Assembly (NCBI GenBank): GCA_001643675.2
Contig: LSRY02000049.1
Span: 62,001 to 126,000, forward strand
Source of the DNA: Monocercomonoides exilis PA203
Taxonomy: Eukaryota > Protista > Preaxostyla
DNA length: 64,000 nucleotides
Direction of reading: 5' to 3'
Each line of letters opens with the position of its first letter. Positions within the stretch are counted from its first letter, which is position 1. A model generated the notes under the pieces. The model did no database searches. It was not told where the DNA came from and was given only the letters and a program-made list of their open reading frames with translations. Of the stretch, positions 12,701 to 28,863 are shown piece after piece. The translations under genes were made by a program, and so were the position numbers.

Positions 12701-13981
12701 AGGACTTTTGCATTTATTGAGGTTCATCTGTTTATAAATTGTTCTTTTTCGTTGATTTTTTTTTTCTTTCTTTTTGCTTTATGTATTTATTTGTGCAATT
12801 CCTTGTATTATTCCATTCCTATTTATGTCTTATGGCATTAACATTCATTTGTTATATTTAAGTGGCATGACGTTGAGACAGAACTTATTTACGGGTGTCC
12901 AGCACGCACAGTAGATTCACTTCGCTATCCTTCCACAAGCTCCAAATCTGGTTCTTATGGCAAGCAATCGTCTACCCTTCAGCGCAATCTCAATGCTTCT
13001 TCCACAACATCCTTATCAAATTTGCAAGTTTCCGTTCCTCCTGATTCTTCGGCTTCATCTCCATCTTCATCATCGTCACCTTCTTCTTCTTCTTCACAAT
13101 CTGCTGATAGCAAAAAGTTGGATTCCGTCTATGATGCGCTGATGATAATCGGTGGCACGCGGGTGGAAAGCTTGTTCCGTAACCAATTTTCAACACTTTT
13201 CTTAACAGCCAGCGAGAAGCAAATTGTGGAGAAGTTCGTGCAAGTGATGGGGATACAGCCGAAGTCATTGGCCAAAGCTGCTTCTGAAGACGCTTCAGCA
13301 GAAAAGGGAGAAGAAGGCAGCAGAGCCCGTCTGCAAAAAGCAGGAAGCAAAACTCTTCTGAGGCAGCCAAGCACGTCAATTCTGATACGCTCGCCTCTGA
13401 TGAAGAGGCACGCAGACTCCAAATTGAGGAGCATGAATGGTGGAAGCAGTGGAATGCAGAGGAGCGGAGAAGACGGAATGAGCGGAGATGCAAAGGGAAG
13501 GAACGAGGAAGGCGAGAACGGGAAAAGGGCAGGTGCATCTATTTTGACTTCAGCCAAGAAAGTGTCGACACAAAAGACAGATGCTGATCCTGAAGAGCTC
13601 AGACGGAGCAAGCTGCCCACGCACGTCCCGTTGTACATCCGAAGAGCATTGATAGCAGATGCCCTGAGAAGCATGCGAGTCTTCTTTATTCTGCATATGA
13701 TAGAGATTAAACTGGATTCAATCAAAGCACAGAAAATGGAGTCTCAAAAGGAGCAAGACGAGCAGCAGACAAGCAGCCCAGCGGTGCTGGTCCGTTCGCG
13801 TTCGGTCCTCTCGTCTCAGTCGAGACTCCGCTTGCTTCAGCCTCAAAAGCAGAAGCCAAAGCAGAAACCGGCGCATGTGGTTGTCTTCCCCGCATATTCA
13901 ATGATGAAGCGGGTGATGCGACTCATCGTCCTGCGGGGAATGCAGAAGTGCATCGACAGAGCAGCTGAATCCTCAGAATGA
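9709..13981 (+). CDS. Large coiled-coil protein with IQ-like motifs, function unknown (4 exons)
   Basis: Exons 9709-9910, 9999-12255, 12433-12640, 12863-13981 splice in frame via GT-AG. E/K/R-rich coils; IQ-like AWLIQSFL and IIRLQRLARGWL. Confidence 0.75.
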
Positions 13982-14502
13982 ATGGGACGTTCTGGTTAAT
14001 TATATATTTTGGAGAGTTATTATGTTGTATCTGATAAATTACAAAAACATAACAATTTTGTTAAGCGTGCTTTTGTTTATTTTATTTATTTTCATTATTT
14101 TATAAATGTCTTCTGTTTCAACTACTTCGTTTTAGAAGTTGTTTTTCTGTTGTGTTTTTGATGAATATTCACACTTGGCGTAATTTTTTATTTCACTTCA
14201 TATATTTTTTGTTTCAAGAATGTTTCTTTCAACAACATTTAAGTTTTCACAATTAGCATTTACGTCTTTTGAAATCTTTTACCAATAAAAGATCGTTTTC
14301 TTTTCATTACCTTCTATTTGAATTATAAAAAAAAAATAATAATTATAAATTCAGCCATCAGTTGGCATTGTTAATATGTTCACTCAATGTATTGCACATT
14401 CAGTAAACAAACATTTGTGTTGCATGGAATAAAAAGGAATGAAATTCTAATTATTTCCATTAGCAAAATGCCTTACCACTAATAGGCTGCTTGAAAAGAG
14501 AT

Positions 14503-16164
14503 TTACTTCTTTTGGGTAGCTTTGGCTTTTGGTGCTTCTTTCTTCTCGACTTTCTTGACATCCTTCTTTGCATCTTTGTTAACTGGTTTCTTGGTGTCTT
14601 TCTTTGCATCCTTCTTCACATCTTTTTTCTCGGTCTTCTTGACATCCTTCTTTGTTGTGGTCTTTGGTTTCTTCTCAACTTTCTTGACGTCTTTCTTTGC
14701 GTCCTTTGCTTTTGAGGCTGCTTTTGCCTTTTTTGCTGACTTTGCTTTCTTTGATTTCTGTGATGTTGTGGCTGCTTTTTTCAAAGCCTTTGCTTTTGCC
14801 AATTCGGCAATCTTCTTCTTCTTCTCTTCCTGCTTTGCCTTGCGTTTCTCGGCTTTTGAGACTGGCTTGACCTTCTTGTCCTTCATCTGTTTCTTTGCTT
14901 CTGCCATCTTCTTCTTATTTGCCTCTCTCTTTGCCTTTGCGCGTGCAATTGCCTTCTGGATTCTGTCCAACCGTGCTTTCTTTGCTGCCTCTTTCTTCGC
15001 CTTCTTTTCTGCCTTGAGTTTTCTGAGGACAACTCTTCTCTCCTTTCTGCGCAGTGGAACTCCCCATGGATCAACAAGATTGGTTCTCTTTGTCACTGGT
15101 CCCTTCACCTTCTTTGCTGGAAGCTTGCCAAGTGAGCGAAGTTTCTCAAGACGTGCTTTTCTTGCTTGCTTAACTTTGCTGTTCAAAATTGTCATTCTTC
15201 TGATTTTGCGCACAAGAAGAAGTTCTCCTCTCTTTCTTGGGATGCGAGGATGTGGGTGCTTCTTTGGCTGGACATATCTCTGAACAGAGCCAGAGTGAAT
15301 GATACGGTCCAGATCTGTCAAGACCATGTGAGAAGTGGGATGGCGATATCCTCTCTTCATCATGGCATCACGACGGCGAGTTCCATAGAGTTTGTCCAAT
15401 TTTCTGAAGGCTGCTTCAGTCCAAATGACAAAACGACCAACATGTCCACCAGGTGCCATTTCCTTGAGGTTAAGTCTGCAGACGTTGATGCAGTTCACAC
15501 CAGAGATGTTTCTGCATGCACGAGACAAACCTTGTTTGCCTGCATGAACAATCAAAACACCTTTTCTCTGGACATAGCGACGGTTACGCATCTTTCCTTG
15601 GCCAGCTCTGATCTTTCTTGAGTCTGCTGATCTCTTGATATCGTTGGTAGCATGCAGCATGGACAAGATTCTCAAAGCTTCTTTTGTCTTCTTGATGCGC
15701 TCAATGTCGTTTGAGACAACCAATGGGATCTCAGGAACTTTTTCGATTCTGTGACCATGGGCCATCACCAGAGATGGAACTGCTGATGCAGCGATGGCAG
15801 AGCACATGGCGTATCTCTTTTGGGTCACATTAACCATTCTGTGCCATCTTCTCCAGATTTTCAGTGGAGAGAACATGCGACCACCACGAGTCATGTTGGC
15901 GAACGCACCCTGGCCGTTTCTTGAAGTTCCTGAGCCAGAAATACGTGGCACACGAGACACAGCTCTTCCTGTACCCCATGATTCAGCTGAATGTTGATGT
16001 CCAGCTTTGTTGTAACGGCCATATGGCTGTCTGCTGTTCTTTGTGATGTTTGTGTGCACAAAGTTGACAACATCAGGACGGATTGGACTGTAGCGAATCA
16101 CTGATGGAACGTGAATGTTCTTAATAACTTTTGCGTTTTTGTTATAAACAGAGCAAAGAGACAT
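14503..16164 (-). CDS. RPL4: 60S ribosomal protein L4 (uL4) with long Lys/Ala-rich C-terminal extension
   Basis: PIRPDVV, AGHQHSAESWGTGRAVSRVPRI, GAFANMTRGGRMF, RAGQGKMRNRRY, APGGHVGRFVIWTEAAF; probable start MSLCSVY at 16164. Confidence 0.97.
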   Translation of the reverse strand: MSLCSVYNKNAKVIKNIHVPSVIRYSPIRPDVVNFVHTNITKNSRQPYGRYNKAGHQHSAESWGTGRAVSRVPRISGSGTSRNGQGAFANMTRGGRMFSPLKIWRRWHRMVNVTQKRYAMCSAIAASAVPSLVMAHGHRIEKVPEIPLVVSNDIERIKKTKEALRILSMLHATNDIKRSADSRKIRAGQGKMRNRRYVQRKGVLIVHAGKQGLSRACRNISGVNCINVCRLNLKEMAPGGHVGRFVIWTEAAFRKLDKLYGTRRRDAMMKRGYRHPTSHMVLTDLDRIIHSGSVQRYVQPKKHPHPRIPRKRGELLLVRKIRRMTILNSKVKQARKARLEKLRSLGKLPAKKVKGPVTKRTNLVDPWGVPLRRKERRVVLRKLKAEKKAKKEAAKKARLDRIQKAIARAKAKREANKKKMAEAKKQMKDKKVKPVSKAEKRKAKQEEKKKKIAELAKAKALKKAATTSQKSKKAKSAKKAKAASKAKDAKKDVKKVEKKPKTTTKKDVKKTEKKDVKKDAKKDTKKPVNKDAKKDVKKVEKKEAPKAKATQKK

Positions 16165-16434
16165 ATTCTTCAAAAATACAAAAATATGTTCATTATATAA
16201 AATATTAATGAGATATAATGTTTACAACAATTACTAAAGGCTCATCACACTGTTCTTGGATTTTGAAACACAAATGAAATTCCCTATTTGCCAATTTACC
16301 ATAATTTAGGATAATTTATCTGAAAAGAAATTCATTTATTTTTTCACAAATATTGTTCTTCACAACAGATAAAATTCTTTTAACATCATCTTCACTCATG
16401 AAAAATATATATTTTTCAATCGCTTCGACACTTG

Positions 16435-16457
16435 TTTTTTTTTTTTTTTTTTTTTTT
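16435..16457. repeat. poly(T) tract
   Basis: Run of T upstream of RPL4. Confidence 0.9.
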
Positions 16458-16869
16458 CAAAATATATTTTACTATTCTGAAATATTTAGCTTGTATCTGA
16501 ATCTCTTTCTGACATGAAATTTTGATAAAAATATATTTTTGAATGAACGAAAAATTGTATTTTCATTGTTATGAAAAAAAAATTATTTGAAACTTCAATT
16601 ATGAAAGGAAAAAGCCAAAACAAGAATTATTGAAAACAAAATTTATTTTTTTTTCTTTGGAAGATGAAAAGAAAAAATGTTAATATTGCTATCAAACCAA
16701 AACAAAATAAAAAAATCGAATTGCGAAAATAGAAGTTAGATTTATGAAAATATACTGTTTCTGTTTTGATTGTTAAAAAAATATAAAATTAAGAAAATTG
16801 AAGTTATGCTGTTTGTTTTCATTTTCAACTGTCTGTTTTATTATTTGTGCATCTTTAAATGACCCATTA

Positions 16870-17434
16870 TTGATGCTGTCCATTGGCAAATGCCAGTTGC
16901 GAGTTGCCTTCAATAAAATTAAATTCGTGTGTAACAAATGCAATTGATCTTTGATAAACAAAAGAAAATAAGACAAAAAAAGTTTTTCTTTTATATGAAA
17001 AAGAAGAAGATGGAGTGAGTGATGAAAGCTGATTGTTATATGTTAAGACTGAAGAATTTGTTGAAAACAAAGCCTGAGAATACGACGAATTAGACGCATG
17101 ATGCAAAGGAGGAAGATACATTGGTAGAATCGATGATGACAAATGAGGCACAGTTGCTGGCTATGGAAAGATCGACTTGATTAGCTTATTATTCTGTTCA
17201 TTTACTGTTCGTTGGGTGCTTCACGAAATGGAATCAAGAATTGGAACAACGTGTGTTGCAGAAGAAACTGGTATCTGATGAAGAGTTGACTGAAAATCAG
17301 AAGTTGATTATTGATAAGCTGGAGTATCAGAAAATTCACTCACAGAAGATACTTCATTTTCACTTTCTAAGCTGTTTTTTTCTGCCTCAGTTTTTAATGT
17401 TAGTTCTCTTTCTCTTTTTATTTCTCTTTCTTCC

Positions 17435-17475
<41 letters not shown>

Positions 17476-19515
17476 CTCTCATTTTCTATCTCCTTCTTAC
17501 TCCTTTTCACTCTGAATTTCGCCTTCCGTATCTTCTGCATATTCACAAGCATTTAAAAGGATTGATCATCAACAAACTCGTATTCCACCTTTAAATCTTC
17601 AATCATCTTCAGAGCCTCCAGCTGCTTCTCATTATGCAGCCACAGCAGCCTCTTTTTGCAGCTTATTGCGAATTTCCGCAAACTTCTCGTCTTTCTGCTT
17701 TTGTGATTTTCCCACTTTCTGTTTTGATTGTATTCGGTTCAACTCGGCTTCTTCCTGTTTTTGATTCTCATAGAGCATATTCTTCTCCTCCTTCCGCTTT
17801 GGCTATTCTTGTTCTTCCATTCTCTTTTGCTCGTCCCTCAGAATCTTCCCAAAAGTAATGTTTTCATTCCCTTCCTTTTCCAGCTCCAATTATCTCTGTT
17901 GTCATCGCTCTTTAATCTTCAGCTGCTTCAGCTTTGCTTCCATTGCTACATATCTCCTCTTCTCCTGTTCTTAATCTCACTGCATCTGAATCTCCCTTTC
18001 TCTCTCAACCATCCGAACTCCTTCGTTAACTCGCCCTGCTGCGAGCTGCTGCAATTTGTTGTTTTTTGAGTCTAATTCGTCTTTAAAGTCATCTGTTCAT
18101 GCTTCTTTCGTTTCTGTCTTGCCTTTTTTCTGCTTGGTGTAGTCTTCTTCAATTAGTTTTGTCAGCAAAGCATCGTCTCATACCACTCCCTCTAACCAAT
18201 TCTTCCTCTCGATTTTCTAATTCCTCTTGATCATTCTGAAGTTCTCGTTCATCACGATACCCCATATCTCCACAAAGGATTTCTTTACCCGATCTATAAT
18301 GTCATCATCCAGCTTCTCCTGCTCCATCACCCGCAGATGCCGCAACCTCTCCTTCATATATCGCAACCTGTCGCTCCTTCGCTTTTGGTTGATGTACTGC
18401 CAGTTCCAGCTCTCCCGCTTCCTCCTCACGCCTTCCAGCGCATTCCGGATAGCCCAGTGCCACAGGTCCCGAAGCCGCTTCGACACAACTTTCCGCCCTA
18501 TGCCAATCGCGTCTAGCATCCAAAAATGAGTCAAATCTTCGTTAGCTTGTTCTGATGAATGTGAAATCGAAGACGATTGCAACGAGATGGGTGAATCACG
18601 TGATGAAAAAGATGCAATAACGTTTGAAAAAGTTATGATAGGAGATAAAGATGGAAAAGGCGAAGAAGAAGAAGCGGATGAAGTTGATGATTAAAATAAA
18701 CTGCTGTTTAGAGGGAAAGCCGTTTGAGGAAAAGTTTTTGTCATTTATCGTGTTGCTTCAGTCTTTGCCTTCAATTGCTGATGCCCCTGCTGTCAAATGG
18801 ACAACTGACAATGCAGCTGAGAACAGAAATAGATAGATTTTGTTTTGCTATTTGTGAATTTTCTTCGCTTTGTTGCAAGGTCTTTCTGTGAATCGACAAT
18901 GGAATGAAAATGGGTTTGTACACAATATATTGCGCATATTGTGAACGTGATTTATACATCATTGATGGAGAAAGTACTTGCATGGAAGTAATTACAGAAG
19001 GATGTGATTGCAGGCTCATTCCAAAAGAAACACTGTTGAAAGAGGAAACTTCATGATAAGATTGGAATTGTTGCAAAAATTGTTGATGGAAATGTTGTTG
19101 TTGATGAAGCATTTGCATGTTTAAGAGTTCATTTTGTATATGATCAAGCACTTTCTATCGCTGTTGCTGCGATTAAGATCAAAAATTGTCGCAAAACAAG
19201 ATGACATTCAGGGAGGAGATTGACGTGATTAAGAAGAGAGAAGAAGGAGAAGGAAAATGGATGGAAGGAGAAGAAGAAGGAAGCGAAGAAAATAAATGTG
19301 CAGTGAAAAGAGCATAAAAAACAAATAATAACCTGACAAATTGTTATTCTTCATTTTTTCCTTTTGTTTTCAATATTAATTCAGCTTTCTTCCTCAAAAT
19401 TGTTTGTTATTTCTTTTTCTTATTTCCAGTCTCAAAGTTGAATTCTTAATATCTCCAAATTTTCACAGCTTCTTTCCATTTCCATTTGAATGAGACACTT
19501 TCCGTTGTGCAATTT
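16870..19515 (-). pseudogene. Decayed gene fragment with VPS13 N-terminal-like motif and coiled coil
   Basis: One frame from ~18580 to ~17630 reads as a coherent protein but has about 10 in-frame TAA/TAG/TGA stops, then frameshifts. WHWAIRNALEGVRRKRESWNWQYINQKRRSDRLRYMK resembles the VPS13 W.YA...V....R.W.W.Y....R..R..Y motif. Outer boundaries are approximate. Confidence 0.65.
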
Positions 19516-19940
19516 GAATTATGATGCGCAAATCATCACAAATAATTATGAATCTTCATCATCAGAATAAACAATTTTTTCAAATTTCTATCGTTGTTCA
19601 TCGTATTAAATAATAAAAACAATGATATTTGTCAAACATTTTTCATGTATTAACCTGCTATTTCCACAAATCTGAGTATCAAAACTTAAAATGTGTAATT
19701 ATTATGGAATGCAATCAAAAATATATATATATATTATTAAGTTAATAACGAAAATATATGAAGGCTGATGAAGTGCTTTGTGAAATGTTGTTTTGGACAA
19801 CGAATAAATTATGTCAGACAGATTAACACACAATTTCTTTCAAAAACTTAAAATTTAAAAATGTTATCAATGATATTTTTAACAAAATTGTTTTGAAAGT
19901 CAATTTCTGAATGAAAAGAAATGTTTCAAAAATGTTAATC

Positions 19941-20237
19941 CGTTCGACATATTGATCTTTTTCGACCGACTGATCTTTGTCGTTCGACTGATCTCGACAA
20001 AGATCTGTCGATAACCCATTGAAATTATTTGTGATCAATAAAATTATTATTTGTTTGTTCGAATCTTGAAATAATTAAAAAAAATAATAAATAAAAATAA
20101 TAAAAATTCAATGCAAAAAAATGCAATATTTAAATTTAAATGTTATAAAGTTTATCAAAAAATTAAACACAAGCCGACTGTTTTGTCGGTCGACTTGTCG
20201 AGTTGATGAAAAAATGTCGGTCTGTCGCAAAGGCCTA
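19941..20237. mobile_element. CGAC/GTCG-rich repeat cluster, putative DNA-transposon end (subterminal repeats) or MITE relic
   Basis: Repeated cgactgatct and gttcgac; perfect inverted repeat gatctttgtcg (19972-19982) / cgacaaagatc (19995-20005). A second cluster at 20171-20237 ends gtcggtctgtcgcaaaggccta. All lie in very AT-rich DNA; no partner terminus seen. Confidence 0.4.
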
Positions 20238-20872
20238 CAGTTGTGATAATCTTATCATCTGAATTCAAAAACACTTCCCAATGACAAACAATCATTTGAA
20301 AGTCAACACCTCGAAAAAAGAAATGATTTCAAAAATAATCACTCACATTTTTTTTAATGAGTGAATGAATCACAACAAATTATCATTTCGATTTTCTAAT
20401 ATTTTTCTTCATAATAATTGATTTATTCAATAATCAAAAATATAATAACACTTGTTTTTCTTTTTTTTTAGTCTAAAGAGTTTAATATTATATTTCTTTA
20501 AAAGAGTATTTTTTTGTGTTTTCAAGTAATCACTCCGTTGAATTTGACCAAAAACCAAATATTTGAACGATGGATGTTTTTTATTGCAGATTTGTTTGAG
20601 TGTTAAATTTGATCGATCGACAGCAAGAATTCAAGAAAAATTGAAAATTTCAATAAACCTGAACAATTCACATTTTCAACTGATCAGAAAAAATAACACG
20701 AACAAGAGGGAATCTTTTCGAAATGACTGTTAAAGTTTTTGATATTTGTTTTGAACTTCAAATGACGTTTTATAAAGAAATAAAAAAATATTAATCAGAC
20801 AATAATTATGAACCTGTGTGATATATTAACATTTTGTTGTTTTGTTCATTGGTGAATTTTGCCTAAACAAGT

Positions 20873-20874
<2 letters not shown>

Positions 20875-20912
<38 letters not shown>
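20875..20912. repeat. poly(T) tract
   Basis: Uninterrupted T run of about 38 nt. Confidence 0.95.
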
Positions 20913-20913
<1 letters not shown>

Positions 20914-21160
20914 TAAGTTGAGTTGTTTTTTAAAGACCTTGCATTTTTAAATGTGACTTTTTCTCAAACAAGCTATTGTCAGAAAATATTGAAAACCTTT
21001 CAATGTTTATGCTCATTATCAAATATAATCTGTGTTGTTTTTCTCTTATCTCATATGATTGCATATTAATAATTTCAAAGCATTGAACATATGGCTGAAA
21101 ATATTCTTCTTGATCACTCAAATTTGTGTAATCACTGTCACTCCGAAAAAAATATATTTC

Positions 21161-21224
21161 AAAAAAAAAAAAAAAAAAAAAAGAGAGAGAGAGAGAGAGA
21201 TAGATAGAGAAGGAGAAAGAGAGA
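21161..21224. repeat. poly(A) followed by (GA)n microsatellite
   Basis: A run of about 22 nt, then GAGAGA repeats. Confidence 0.9.
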
Positions 21225-21469
21225 AATTATGAGAAATACTATTTAAAGATGTCTGTTCAACACATTTCCCAAAAATTTTCATATAATCTTTGATAACACT
21301 TTAAAATTCAAATACTGCAAGCATTTCAAATTACCACATTATTCACAAAAAGGTTAATTCTTGAAGTATTGTTTTATAACGGTTCTGGAAAAACGATGCA
21401 AAATAGAAAAAATTTTTTATTCGAATTTTATTTTTGTTATGGCACTTTTTTTGCACTTTTGTGATTGAA

Positions 21470-24070
21470 ATGCAAGGGTCAAAAATGAACAGATCAGTTG
21501 TTTATTCAATAGGCTGTCATTCTAACCACTGTCTCGGATCATGTTTGCTGTTTATAATGAAAAAGAAAAAAATTTTTTAAATTTATTTTGAAAGTGTGCT
21601 CCGTTGATACATGCAAGCCACAGAAACTTTCATTCCCCGAAACCATTTCAATTGTTCAAGTTTCATGTGGGAAGAACCACGCTGCTGCTTTGTCAGGTTC
21701 AAAATAAAGAATGATTATTTTCATGTATTAATTAACTCATTAATAGCCAATGGACAGGTTTATCTGTGGGGCTCAAATGAAAATTCACAGCTTGGTGTCC
21801 CACGGAAGGATATATACGTTTGCAAAAATTTGAATTTTTTTTCAAATTTAATATTATATCAGAATATTCCTTTTCTTTCTCAATCGCTGCAAGGAATACG
21901 TATAAAGCAAGTTGGTTGTGGATCAAAATTTACAGCTGTTCTTTCAAGTATGTAAATTATTTGATGAATATAATTTATTCTCAATTTTCATGCATTTATC
22001 AAATGGGAATTATTTAGACGAAGGAAAACTATATGTTACCGGTCAGATTATTCCGAAAATAATGATTTCTAATTTTTCAATGATTGATATTTCATCGCAC
22101 AAAGCAACTTCTCTGGCATGCGCTGGAGATAATTTGTTGCTTACAACCGAAACAGGATCTATTCTTTCGCTAAGTACTGAATATGATGACAAATTGCTTT
22201 TTACAGTTTGAGGAAATTGTAATCTGGATTTTTGAATAATTAAAATAATTGGTAAATTAAATTTATTAAATTTATTATTATTATTGCTCTTATTTCATTC
22301 GATGTATTTGGTCTATTAATGATTATTGAAGTCCCTTCCATCCATTCCTTTGTTTAACGGAGCTTTTGTAAAATGTTCGACGAGCGGATGCTGTTTTGCT
22401 GTATCAACACGGGGAGATCTTGTTGGATGGGGCTGTGCTCTGCACGGAGAAATTCCTTTGACTTCTTCAGCTTCAACGTCTGATACTTCAACAAGCAATG
22501 CAAATTCGACGAAATCATTAATTCCACTGCCACAGTATGTTGGATCGTGCCAAATCATTCGACTTTCCGGTCTGAGGAAGAAAAAAAGAGAAGAATCAAT
22601 AGAATCTGGAACTGAAACCTCATCAAATTATCCATTTACGTCTTCAGCTCTATCGCTTACTTCTGGAGTTGAAAAGTTTTCAGCAAAACAGCAGGGAACG
22701 CATGTTATGGATGTATCATGCGGAGCAAAACACGTGGCAGCTATTTTGAGCAATGGTGAATGTTGGACATGGGGAAGAAATGGTTTGACTTATGATAGTG
22801 AAAAGAATGCCAATATATGATTTTTGAAGGATTGCATTTTCCAAAAAAGAAGATTATTTCATTATTTTCATTTCTTTATTTGAAAAGAAGATTCAATTTT
22901 TTGTGATTTCATTATTCAACCATTTCTTTTCTTTCTTTCTTTCTTTTCGCTGTCCATTTTCTTTGGCCAGATGAATCGCAGCTTGGATCTAATTTTGATG
23001 CAGATATTTCTCCTCCTCGTTGCGTTTTGGTGTGAAGCATTTTTTTCCCCACCTAATTTCTTTGTCTTTATCACTTTATTCTATTTTTATTAATTTATAA
23101 TATTCCTTCAAAAATTCATTTAAAATGCATTTCATTCATCAGATACCAGCTGATGCAGTCGCTGTTGCGTGTGGAGCATCTCACACTGTTCTTCTCACTT
23201 CTGACGGAAAACTTTATGGATGGTTTGATACTTTCACACATTGGTCAATTATTCATTTGAACTCAATTTATTAAAAACAAAAATATATTTTATTTTTCCT
23301 GTTTGATACAAACGTTGTTTTTTCAATACGCATTTATTGATCTGTTACATAAATGAATGAAGGGGCCGCAATTCTGAAGGACAGTTAGGAATTAGTCCAC
23401 ACGAAGAAGTTGTATGTTAAACAAATTCGTTTGTTGTTGAAGTTTACTTAATAATTGCTATTATTCGTCTAATTTCCAGAAAACTCCAACTTTGATTCCA
23501 TTTTTTAAAAATAAGCGTTGCATTAATGTTAGCTGTGGATTGTACAACACTTATGTTGTTGTGGAAGAAGAAGAAGATGAAGACGAAAACGAATCAGAAG
23601 AAGAGAACGAGGAAGAAGGCGAAGCTGAAGATGAAAGTGACGAAGAAAGAGAAGATGGAAAAGTGTCAAATGAAGAAGAAGATGATGATAAAGAAGCAAG
23701 TGGAGCAAACGAACAGGAATTAAACACGAAGAGAGCGCAAAAGAAGAAGCATTCAAAACATAACAAATCAAAAAATGAGAATAAAGGATGCGATTGCATC
23801 ATTCAAGCACAGAAGCTGAAGGAAGCAAACCAATCCTCTTCAGAATCAAAAGGAAAGAGCGAAAGTCAAAGCAACACCGGAGATGCTGTGGCTTATAGTG
23901 TATCAGGAACTGTTTCAGAGAAAGCTCAGCAATACGCAGATATTCTTGAGCATCTGCAAGTGTTTATAGAAGGAGAGCTGCCTTTGTCATCTTCTCAGAT
24001 GGCGGAAGCCAATGGACATGTAGAGGCGTTGATGAATTTGCTGCTTCAAAAACAGCAGAGACGCCTTTGA
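21470..24070 (+). CDS. RCC1-repeat (beta-propeller) protein with acidic C-terminal region (~10 exons)
   Basis: VYLWGSNENSQLG, IKQVGCGSKFTAVL, VSCGAKHVAAILSNGECWTWGRN, VACGASHTVLLTSDGKLYGW-GRNSEGQLG, VSCGLYNT. Confidence 0.9.
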
Positions 24071-24384
24071 AAATAATCACTCAAAAATAGTTGCTTTTAT
24101 TTCACTAAGAGCTGAATAAGCGAAACTGGTATCATTCCAACAGTCTGTTTGAATCATCTCACAACATTTCACACCACTTCCATCTTTGAGCATTGTTACA
24201 TTTTCACTTCATTTACCATTTCCATTTTTCACAGAAAAAAAAAGATTGCTTGTGAAATTTTATCTAATCGTGAATATATATTCAACTGAAAAAAACAAAG
24301 AAAAGGTAAATATTCTTTTAACACAAAACTTTAAAAATGCCGAAGTTTTTTGATTTCTTTATAGTTAAAGGTGAATTAAAACAT

Positions 24385-28419
<4,035 letters not shown>

Positions 28420-28863
28420 AATAACTTTTTTATATTGGTATATGATCAACACCTATCCATAAATAATTATGATCATCGATTTTTGTTCATTGCTAAATCA
28501 CATTTCAAAGGGAGAAGAACGAAATTTTTTCAATTATTTTTTTCTTTTTAAAAAAAGAACGAATCTTACACATTAAGTTGCCAAATGTTAGATTTTCATA
28601 AAGAATGGTGAATTTAAAAAGTAAAAATATGAGAAAAGAATTTGCATCGTGAAAAACATTACATCAATGCACAAATTCTTTAACGCATATGTTAAGTTTT
28701 TAAGAAAAACAAGAAATAAATGGAAGCTAGATTTTAACTTTCAAAAACACACTTAAAACAATACAATTAAAAGAAATCCCTTCACATTGAAAAAAATAAT
28801 ATGCACATTAAACCCGCAATAATGCTTAAAGTTATGCATTTGCAATTTTTTACAAGAAGAAAT

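Noticed and set aside
16170-16260. TGATGA (C-box-like) upstream of RPL4, suggesting a snoRNA
   Set aside because: No matching CTGA D box or terminal stem seen
16870-19515. Alternative genetic code (TAA/TAG = Gln, as in some oxymonads) explaining the in-frame stops
   Set aside because: TGA stops and frameshifts also occur, and intact genes here end in TAA, TAG and TGA with no internal TAR codons
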